Source: an uncultured Spirochaetota bacterium
GTDB lineage: Bacteria > Spirochaetota > Spirochaetia > SZUA-6 > CAVTHK01
Length of the DNA: 64,000 bases
Direction: 5' to 3'
Assembly (NCBI GenBank): GCA_963734495.1
Contig: CAVTHK010000013.1
Span: 160,001 to 224,000 of the forward strand
The notes under the pieces are model-generated. The model worked only from the letters and a program-made list of their open reading frames with translations, did no database searches and had not been told where the DNA came from. Below are positions 55,748-64,000 of this stretch, in pieces (the stretch's first letter is position 1; each line of letters opens with the position of its first letter). The position numbers and the translations under genes are program-made.

Positions 55748-55776
55748 AATGTATGTCAGGCCTGACATATTGTCAA
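55748..55776 (-). promoter_or_regulatory. TA promoter with perfect 18-bp operator palindrome
   Basis: TTGACA-17-TACATT; TATGTCAGGCCTGACATA (55752-55769) spans the spacer. Confidence 0.8.
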
Positions 55777-55835
55777 GAGGCGTCCAACGGGGGCGCAGAC
55801 GACGCGGCTTCGTACGAACGACCTGATCTTGCGCG

Positions 55836-55949
55836 GTACAACATAGAGTTGAGTCGCGCCGCCGAGTAGCTCCCGCTCCCTCAGTGTACTGCAGCCCGGG
55901 CGGCCGTGCCAGCGACGGTTAAGGCGAAAGCTCCAACGATTTGCTAGGC
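55836..55949 (-). repeat. attC site 5
   Basis: + strand GTACAAC-ATAGAGTTGAGTCGCGCCGCCG...GGCGAAAGCTCCAACGATTT-GCTAGGC, 114 bp; R'' AAC changed to AGC. Confidence 0.85.
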
Positions 55950-56050
55950 GCACGAGCCATCACCTGAGCCTTGCTGCAAACAGAGCTTGAATCAGTTGTC
56001 AGGAATGATTGGATTTTCCCCACTTTCTGAGTCGCCCGGTAATCCCCTCA

Positions 56051-56797
56051 TCACCGCGGCATCAGCGCAAACACACCCCAGCCCAGGTATTCACGCGTGT
56101 AAGCGGCGTAGCGCTCGGGTTCCGAGGTCAGTTTGGCTCGAACATCTTTCGCGAACTCGTCGTCGGGATTGGCTTCAAGCCATCGGCGCATGGTGAGCCA
56201 TTTGGCCGCCTCGTATCTGTCCCAGCCGTCTTGGTCAGCCAGAACCATTTCAACGACGTCGTAGCCAAGATGGTCGAAAGACGCGAGAAGTTCAGGAAGC
56301 ACGAGAAAGTCGGAGATTGAGTTGGCAAGACACCCCTTGGCAACATCTTTCGTCGGCGGTAACTGCCGCCAGTAGGGCTCGCCGATGAGGATGATCCCTC
56401 CGGTGCGCAGGCTCCGCGCCAGAAGCTCGATAGTCCCGACGACTCCCCCGGCGATCCAAGTCGCACCGACACAGGCTGCCACACTGACCTTCTCGTCAGA
56501 GACATAGCCGGCAGCATCGCCATGGATGAACTTGACTTGATCGGCGACGCCGAGTTCTTTAGCACGGAGCTTCGCTTGCTCGGTGAACAACTGGCTCATG
56601 TCGACGCCGATGCCGATCACGCCGTGATCGCGTGCCCAGGTGCACAGCATCTCCCCCGAACCGCTGCCGAGGTCGAGCACTCGGGCCCCCGATTCCAGAC
56701 GCAGCGCCGCGCCGAGAGTGGCGAGCTTTTCGGGTGTGATCGGGTTGTGGATGCGGTGAGCACTCTCAGTGATGTTGAATATCCGTGGAATATCCAA
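56051..56797 (-). CDS. SAM-dependent methyltransferase, YjhP-like (cassette)
   Basis: MDIPRIFNITESAHRIHNP, LDLGSGSGEML, GEPYW, REYLGWGVFAL; recalled as close to E. coli YjhP. Confidence 0.88.
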   Translation of the reverse strand: MDIPRIFNITESAHRIHNPITPEKLATLGAALRLESGARVLDLGSGSGEMLCTWARDHGVIGIGVDMSQLFTEQAKLRAKELGVADQVKFIHGDAAGYVSDEKVSVAACVGATWIAGGVVGTIELLARSLRTGGIILIGEPYWRQLPPTKDVAKGCLANSISDFLVLPELLASFDHLGYDVVEMVLADQDGWDRYEAAKWLTMRRWLEANPDDEFAKDVRAKLTSEPERYAAYTREYLGWGVFALMPR

Positions 56798-56837
56798 TGC
56801 AGAAGATCTCCCTTTGGGTGTGAATAGATTCAGTTGC

Positions 56838-56951
56838 GCCTAACATAGAGTTGATAGCGCCGCCGAGTACCTACCCAGCTCACAGTATAGTCGAGCCTCA
56901 CCGACCGTGCCAGTCGGCCTCTTAGGCGTCTACTCCAACGATTCGTTGGAC
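56838..56951 (-). repeat. attC site 6 (intact cores)
   Basis: Top (-) strand GTCCAAC-5-GTTGGAGT...TATCAAC-5-GTTAGGC, 114 bp; matches RYYYAAC...GTTRRRY. Confidence 0.9.
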
Positions 56952-56964
56952 AGCGCGTTCGCGG

Positions 56965-57255
56965 CTACCCGCTCGACCGCCTGGAGCTTTCGGGTTCTGC
57001 CCGAGCGCGCCTCCAGAACTCCTCGTGTGTTTCGCCGCGTCCCGCTATGATGTTCCCGCGCGACCGCTTCAGCAGCGAGCGAAACCGTGGCGACCGAGAT
57101 AGCAGGATACCCTCCAGATCGTCGTCGTCCGCTGGTGCAACAATCACAGCAACCGCTCGCCCCTTGCGGGTTATCACAACGGGCCCGGAAGCCTCCGCCT
57201 CCTGCAAGTAGGCACTGAGTTTGGCCTTTATCTCGGCCAAGGAAGCGACCCTCAT
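56965..57255 (-). CDS. Phd/YefM family antitoxin
   Basis: MRVASLAEIKAKLSAYL..GPVVITRKGRAVAVI; ATGA overlap with the toxin. Confidence 0.9.
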   Translation of the reverse strand: MRVASLAEIKAKLSAYLQEAEASGPVVITRKGRAVAVIVAPADDDDLEGILLSRSPRFRSLLKRSRGNIIAGRGETHEEFWRRARAEPESSRRSSG

Positions 57256-57578
57256 AGCATGAACTCCTTTCCGCCAAAATAGAGCCGGTTGCCCTCTTTC
57301 ACGCCTATGGCTAGGACCCAAACCTGGCGCCGGTCCACGATGACCTCGTAAAAGACGCGGAAGCGATTCCTCGGGCCACAGCGTAGCTCCCACGTCGCGC
57401 CGAACGGGCCAGGAGAGCGTTCGAGCGGTTTCCGGTTGCGGGTAACCGCCTCCGGCGTGAACGATAGCTGCTCCCCAATCGTGTCGCTGAGCAGGCGAAA
57501 ATGAGAGCGGCCAAGTGCACGGACATGCTCATGCACCTCGGGTGCATACAGTAACGCGTACTTCTGCCTGCTAGCCAC
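57252..57578 (-). CDS. RelE/ParE family toxin
   Basis: TRNRKPL, WELRCG..RFRVFYEV, VLAIGVK; own promoter TTGACC-16-TATAAT 8 nt upstream. Confidence 0.88.
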   Translation of the reverse strand: MASRQKYALLYAPEVHEHVRALGRSHFRLLSDTIGEQLSFTPEAVTRNRKPLERSPGPFGATWELRCGPRNRFRVFYEVIVDRRQVWVLAIGVKEGNRLYFGGKEFML

Positions 57579-57757
57579 AGACCATAATTATAGTCATCTC
57601 GCCGCAAAGGTCAAGCGGCGGGAACTACGATTGGTCCCGGAAGGCCGCAGGAAGCGCGCCACGGCTGCCGAGCCGCAGCCGTCGTGCGTCCGCCCGAACG
57701 TGAAGGCGGCCGGTTATCGATGTGTCATTGGCGAATTGGGCGCGATCTAGTTTCAAA

Positions 57758-57799
57758 GCGCTGTCCGACAATCATATTCTGCAGTTTTGTGCCTGGCAA
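57758..57799 (-). promoter_or_regulatory. Putative attI crossover with overlapping Pc-like promoter
   Basis: - strand TTGCCA-17-TATGAT-T-G|TCGGACAGCGC; the 12-mer is 11/12 complementary to the R'' end of attC6. Confidence 0.65.
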
Positions 57800-57935
57800 G
57801 AATGCGCAATCGCCCGGAGGATCGCTGGTTCGTGTTGAGGCGGCGCGAACTGTCTCTTTGGAGTGTTGGGTGGTTGCTGCAATATCGCCTCAAGCGGTGG
57901 GTTATCGTCGCGTCGCTTGGGCGGGCGAGGCAGGT

Positions 57936-57970
57936 CGCGCTCGCGGCAACCATAGCGCCCCGCGAGCGCG
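57936..57970 (-). terminator. Hairpin after comM
   Basis: CGCGCTCGCGG-13 nt-CCGCGAGCGCG perfect 11-bp stem just after the comM stop. Confidence 0.5.
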
Positions 57971-57974
57971 GCAG

Positions 57975-59513
57975 CTAGCCCGCGTTCCAGAACGGGTGCT
58001 CCTGCCCGTGCCGGCGGTGCTGCAGCGCCTCCAGCACGTCGTCCTTGCGCAGCGTCTCGCTGCCGGCAAGGTCCGCGATCGTGCGCGCCACCTTGAGCAC
58101 CGAATGGCAGGCGCGCGACGACAGGTGCATGGTGCGCGCGGCCGTCACGAACTTTTCGGACACCTCGTCGTCCAGCTCGCAGTAGCGCGCGATCCGGCCC
58201 GGCGGGATCTCTGCGTTCCAGCGGAAGCCTTCGCCCTGGTAGCGGCGGCCCTGCATCGCCGCGGCGCGCGCCACGCGCTCGCGCACGGCAGCGCTGCCCT
58301 CCCCCGGCTTCCCGATCATCGTGCGCAAGGTCTCCGGCGCGACCGGGACGCGGATGTCGATGCGATCGAGGAGCGCTCCTCCGAGCCGCTTCCAGTAGCA
58401 GCGCACCTCTTCGGTCGAGCAGATGCAGACCTTTTCCGGGAGGCCGAGCTTGCCGCAGGGGCACGCATTAGCGGCGAGGACGAGCTGAAACGCGGCAGGG
58501 TAGCGGATCGAGGCGCCCGCGCGCACGACCGTGACCCAGCCGTCCTCAGCCGGCTCGCGCAGGCTCTGCAGCAGCGCCTGCCGGAACTCGAGGACCTCGT
58601 CGAGAAAGAGCACGCCGCGGTGCGCGAGGGAGACCTCGCCCGGCCGCACGAGGCGGCCCCCGCCGACGATGCCTTCGGCCGACGCGGTGTGGTGAGGCAT
58701 GCGGAAGGGCCTGCGCGTGATCAGCCCGCCCCCCGCGGGCAGCATGCCGGCGAGCGAGTGGATGCGGGTCACCTCGAGGCTCTCGTCACGGTCGAGCGGA
58801 GGCAGCAGCGTCGCAAGGCGGCGGGCGGCCATGGTCTTGCCGCTTCCGGGAGGACCGCAGAGGAACAGGTTGTGCCTGCCGGCCGCGGCGACCTCGAGGG
58901 CGCGCTTGAGGCGGCCGCTGCCGCGGATGTCGGAGAGGTCGCCGTACAGCTCCTCGAGCGGCGGCTCGGGCGCGGGCCGCGGCGGGGCGGCGGCCGCGAG
59001 CGCGCCGCTGCGCAGACCGCGCGCGCCCTCGGCGAGCGACGCGATCCCGCAGACGCGCCCCAGCCCGAGGCACAGCGCCTCCCGCAGATTGGGCGTCGGC
59101 ACGAGGAAGTGCGTGAGGCCGGCCTTGAGCCCGGTCGCAACAGCCGAGAGCACGCCGGTGACCGGCCGCACCTCGCCCGAGAGGTTGAGCTCGCCGAGCA
59201 CCATCACGCGCTCGAGCGCCCCGGGCGGGACCTGCTCGGACGCGGCCAGGACCGCGAAGGCGATCGCGAGGTCGAAGGAGGCCCCTTCCTTTCGGATGCC
59301 GGCGGGCGCGAGGTTCACGAGCACGCGCTCGCGCGGGAACTCGAAGCCGCTGTTGCGGATCGCGACGCGGACGCGCTCGCGCGACTCCTTTACGGCGCAG
59401 TCCGGCAGGCCGACGATGTCGATGCCGGGGACGCCGCGCCGGAGGTCCACCTCGACGCGCACGACCTCCCCGTCGATGCCGACCGGGGCATGGCACGCAA
59501 CCGAAGCGAGCAT
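57975..59513 (-). CDS. comM: YifB/ComM Mg-chelatase-like AAA ATPase
   Basis: IVGLPD.AVKESRERV, NLAPA, GPPGSGKTM, FRMPHHTAS, GEVSLAHRGVLFLDE, ARTIADL. Confidence 0.93.
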   Translation of the reverse strand: MLASVACHAPVGIDGEVVRVEVDLRRGVPGIDIVGLPDCAVKESRERVRVAIRNSGFEFPRERVLVNLAPAGIRKEGASFDLAIAFAVLAASEQVPPGALERVMVLGELNLSGEVRPVTGVLSAVATGLKAGLTHFLVPTPNLREALCLGLGRVCGIASLAEGARGLRSGALAAAAPPRPAPEPPLEELYGDLSDIRGSGRLKRALEVAAAGRHNLFLCGPPGSGKTMAARRLATLLPPLDRDESLEVTRIHSLAGMLPAGGGLITRRPFRMPHHTASAEGIVGGGRLVRPGEVSLAHRGVLFLDEVLEFRQALLQSLREPAEDGWVTVVRAGASIRYPAAFQLVLAANACPCGKLGLPEKVCICSTEEVRCYWKRLGGALLDRIDIRVPVAPETLRTMIGKPGEGSAAVRERVARAAAMQGRRYQGEGFRWNAEIPPGRIARYCELDDEVSEKFVTAARTMHLSSRACHSVLKVARTIADLAGSETLRKDDVLEALQHRRHGQEHPFWNAG

Positions 59514-59576
59514 CGTGCCCTCCCGAGGGAGGAGTCAACGGGCCCGCGGGTCGCGCTGCCTTGCGAGTCGCGTCGC

Positions 59577-60989
<1,413 letters not shown>

Positions 60990-61036
60990 CTTTTTCTCCT
61001 TGAGAGGCGGGCGCAGCCCGCCGCGCGGCGCCCGGT

Positions 61037-62328
61037 CTAGAACAGGACCGCCATCGGGTTTTCGATCATTTCCTTGAGATCCGCGAGGAAGGCCGCCCCC
61101 ACCGCTCCGTCGACCACCCTGTGGTCGCATGAGAGCGTCGCTTTCATCAGGGAGCGCGCGACGATCGCGCCGTCGGCCGCGACCACCGGAACCTTCGCCA
61201 CCTTGCCGAGCGCGAGGATCGCGGAGCCGGGAGGGTTGATGATCGCCGTGAACTCCTCGATGCCGAAGGAGCCGAGGTTGCTGATCGAGAACGTCGCTCC
61301 CGTGTACTCTTCGGGGGTGAGCTTGTTCGCGCGCGCCTTCTCGACGAGCGCGGAGAGCTCGGCGTCGATCTCGAGGATCCCCTTGGCCGCGCAGTTGCGC
61401 ACGACGGGCGTGATCAGCCCGTCGGGCAGGGCCACGGCCAGCCCGATGTCGATGCTGCCGAAGCGGCGGATCGTGTCGCCCTGCCAGCTCGCGTTCACCG
61501 CGGGGTGGCGGCGCAGCGCCTCGGCCGCCAGCTTGTGCATGAAGGCGTTGAACGAAACCTTCTCCTTGCGCCGCTCGTTCAGCCGGGCGCGAGCCGCCAT
61601 CAGGCCGTCCATCTCGAAGGAGACCTTCAGATAATAGTGGGGAGCCTGGAACTTGCTCTCGACCAGCCGCTGAGCGATGACCTTGCGCTTGCCGGTGACC
61701 GGCACGATCTCGTCGGCCGGGGCGACGCCCGCGGCCGCCGCCGGGCGGGCGTACGCGCCGGCCCCCGGCTGCGCCGGCGCGCCTGCCGCGCCTGCTGCCG
61801 GAGCCGCCGCGCCGGCGCCCTCGACGTCGCGGCGCACGACGCGGCCCGCTGGCCCCGAGCCGTGCACGGCGGCGATGTCCACGCCGCGCTCCTTTGCGAG
61901 GCGCCTGCGCCAGCGGCGACGCGCGCACGATGCCCGGAGGGAGCCGCGGCCGCGACCGCCGTGGGAGCCGCAGGCGAGGCGCCGGCCATCGCATCCATCG
62001 GCAGGCGCGCCGCAGCGGCAGGGGCCGCAGCCGGCGCTTTCGCCGTTCCCTGCGGCTTGGTCTGCGCGAGGAGCGACGAGATGTCCTCGCCCGGCTTGCC
62101 CACGATGGCGATGGGGTCCGCGACCTTGGCCTGACTCCCCGCCGGCACGAGCACCTTCAGCAGGGTGCCTTCATTTTGAGATTCATACTCCATCGTCGCC
62201 TTGTCGGTCTCGACCTCGCAGAGCAGGTCGCCGACGGCGAGCGTGTCCCCTTCGTTCTTGTTCCAGCGGACGATCGTGCCTTCCTGCATCGTCGGCGAGA
62301 GGGCGATCATCAGGACTTTTTCTGCCAT
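61037..62328 (-). CDS. pdhC: Pyruvate dehydrogenase E2, apparent frameshifts near 61890-61925
   Basis: Lipoyl VETDKA, E3-binding GSGPAGRV, SISNLG, SCDHRVVDG. Confidence 0.92.
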
Positions 62329-62356
62329 TCGCGCTTCTCCTCTCCGCACAGTCCAC

Positions 62357-62456
62357 GGTCCCGCCCGCTCGGCGGCCAGCGCGCGCCCCGAGGCCCCGCC
62401 CGCCGGGCGGCCAGGCGGCCGCGCGCGCGAGGCCCCGCCCGCGGGGCGGCCAGGCG
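62357..62456. repeat. Three REP-like hairpin repeats between pdhB and pdhC
   Basis: GAGGCCCCGCCCGC(C/G)GGGCGGCCAGGCG at 62390 and 62429; divergent copy at 62357. Confidence 0.7.
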
Positions 62457-62475
62457 CGCGCCCGGGGCCGCTCGC

Positions 62476-63456
62476 CTACTCCAGGTACATGACCCGGCGG
62501 ACCGCGTCGACGATCCTGGACACCGAAGGCTGAGCCGCCAGCTCGAGGCCGTGGTTGTAGGGCATCGGCACGTCCTCCGAAGCCACCAGCTCGACCTGGG
62601 CGTCGAGCGAGTCAAAGCAGTTCTTCGAAACCAGCCAGGCGACGTGCGAGCCCACGCTCGCCACGGGCCAGGACTCCTCCACGACGACGCAGCGGCTGGT
62701 CTTGCGCACCGACTCGTAGAGCGCGTTCTCGTCGAGGGGCCGCAGGGAGCGCAGGTCGACGACCTCCGCCTCGATGCCCTGGCCCGCAAGCTGGTCCGCG
62801 GCCTCGAGGATGGTGCGGACGGGCTTGGAGTAGCCGACGATGGTGACGTCGCGGCCCGGCCGCTTCACGTCGGCGGCGCCCAGCGGGACCAGGTGCTCGC
62901 CGTCGGGCACCTCGCCCTTGACGCCGTACATCATCTCGGACTCGAGAAAGATGACGGGGTTGTCGTCGCGGATGGCGGACTTGAGCAGTCCCTTGCCGTC
63001 GGCGGGCGTGGCGGGGGCCACGACCTTGAGACCGGGGACGTGGGCGAAGAACGACTGCAGGGCCTGCGAGTGCTGCGACGCCAGGAACTCCGCGGGCCCG
63101 TTGGGACCGCGGATCACCATTGGGACCGTGAACTGCCCGCCCGACATGTAGCGCATCTTCGCGGCGTTGTTGATCACCTGGTCGAGGGCAAGAAGACCAA
63201 AATTGAAGGTCATCCACTCGACGATGGGCCTCACGCCGGCCATCGCCGCGCCCACGCCCAGGCCCGTGAACCCGAGCTCGGTGATCGGGGTGTCGAGCAC
63301 GCGCTTCGGGCCGTACTTGGCCAGCAGGCCCTTGCTCACCTTGTACGCGCCGTCGTATTCGGCGACCTCCTCGCCGATGAGGCAGACCCTCTCGTCGCGC
63401 GCCATCTCCTCGTCGATCGCCTGGTTGAGCGCCTCGCGGAACGTCATTACAGCCAT
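62476..63456 (-). CDS. pdhB: Pyruvate dehydrogenase E1 beta
   Basis: GEEVAEYDG, DTPITE, QHSQ, DLRSLRPLD. Confidence 0.95.
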   Translation of the reverse strand: MAVMTFREALNQAIDEEMARDERVCLIGEEVAEYDGAYKVSKGLLAKYGPKRVLDTPITELGFTGLGVGAAMAGVRPIVEWMTFNFGLLALDQVINNAAKMRYMSGGQFTVPMVIRGPNGPAEFLASQHSQALQSFFAHVPGLKVVAPATPADGKGLLKSAIRDDNPVIFLESEMMYGVKGEVPDGEHLVPLGAADVKRPGRDVTIVGYSKPVRTILEAADQLAGQGIEAEVVDLRSLRPLDENALYESVRKTSRCVVVEESWPVASVGSHVAWLVSKNCFDSLDAQVELVASEDVPMPYNHGLELAAQPSVSRIVDAVRRVMYLE

Positions 63457-63475
63457 CGCACTCGTCCTCCGGTCT

Positions 63476-64000
63476 TCACGCCAGCACGTCCTGCCACAGC
63501 GCGTCCGGCGCGGGCTCGGGGCTCTCCTCGGCGAACGCGGCGGCCTCGTCGCCCGCCCGCTTCGCCTGCTCGTCCAGCTTGCGGTACTCGTCGTCGCTCA
63601 GCACCCCCGCCTCCTCCATGATGGACTGCAGCAGCAGGATGGGGTCCTGCTTGCGGTAGTCCTCCACCTCGTCGCGCGTGCGGTACGTGGCGGGGTCGCT
63701 CATGCTGTGCCCGCGGTAGCGGTAGGTCCTCACTTCGAGGAACACCGGCGTCCCCTCCTTGGCGATGCGGACCGCGGCCTTGACCTCCTCGTAGACGGTG
63801 AGCACGTTCATCCCGTCCACCTGCTTGCCGGGGATGTCGTAGGCGGAGCCCATCTGCGAGAAGTCGTGCACCGAGGACACCCTGTCGAATCGCGTGCCCA
63901 TGCCGTACTGGTTGTTCTCGCAGATGTAGACGATCGGCAGGTTCCAGACCTTGGCCTGGTTGAGGCTCTCGTGGAACGATCCCTGGTGGATGGCGCCGTC
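63476..64000 (-). CDS. pdhA: Pyruvate dehydrogenase E1 alpha, 3' part only
   Basis: DGA...FHESLN...ENNQYGMGT TPP motif, TYRYRGHSMSDP. Confidence 0.93.
   Translation of the reverse strand, partial: DGAIHQGSFHESLNQAKVWNLPIVYICENNQYGMGTRFDRVSSVHDFSQMGSAYDIPGKQVDGMNVLTVYEEVKAAVRIAKEGTPVFLEVRTYRYRGHSMSDPATYRTRDEVEDYRKQDPILLLQSIMEEAGVLSDDEYRKLDEQAKRAGDEAAAFAEESPEPAPDALWQDVLA

Larger units (their letters stand above)
51209..57799 (-). mobile_element. Integron-type gene-cassette array with putative attI but no adjacent integrase (CALIN-like)
   Basis: Six related attC elements spaced about 0.8-1.2 kb apart, each separating 1-2 co-oriented minus-strand genes; lower GC than the flanks; cassette-end complementarity. 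Confidence 0.88.

Noticed and set aside
51916-56951. attC-family repeats as CRISPR repeats, IS ends or simple terminators
   Set aside because: They are separated by whole genes, show R/L box architecture, and have no transposase or target duplications.
57692-57705. GCCCGAACGTGAAG as an extra attC arm
   Set aside because: No partner arm or L box, and end complementarity places the cassette boundary at 57769.
57772-57970. Possible intI remnant next to attI (DNPPLEAI, loosely like the IntI C-terminal SPLD)
   Set aside because: No HxLRH or YTHV tyrosine-recombinase motifs in the frames I could read, so the similarity is too weak.
57975-59513. comM disrupted by an integrative element
   Set aside because: comM is a known insertion hotspot, but here it is full-length and the array starts about 200 bp downstream.

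Overview
High-GC bacterial chromosome segment, most likely from a spirochaete (inferred from the archaeal-type PheRS and several spirochaete-like hypothetical proteins). Most of the window is housekeeping and metabolic genes: purC, clpP, mtnP, era, rlpA, rdgB, a TetR-TolC-MFP-RND efflux operon, purU, nrnA, pgi, a GH1 glucosidase, oadB with a small gamma-like gene, pheST, nfnAB, dksA, infA, a MoxR/VWA (Bat-like) operon, argJ, aroA, hisA, pepT, comM and pdhABC-lpdA. Many of these carry small frameshifts, including in essential genes, which points to assembly indel errors. The main accessory feature is a visibly lower-GC region of about 7.4 kb between pepT and comM (about 50.4-57.8 kb). It is an integron-type gene-cassette array read on the minus strand. 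It has six recognisable attC sites of one family (intact or near-intact copies are about 114 bp) and about seven cassettes: two toxin-antitoxin modules, two methyltransferases, a RibD/DHFR-like protein, an SH3 protein and an AAA ATPase. A putative attI with an overlapping Pc-like promoter sits at about 57.77 kb, but there is no adjacent integrase. Only the attC nearest attI has intact core sites; all others are damaged in their cores. Also seen: recurrent leaderless-type promoters, two REP-like hairpin clusters and two operator palindromes. No rRNA, tRNA or CRISPR array was recognised.
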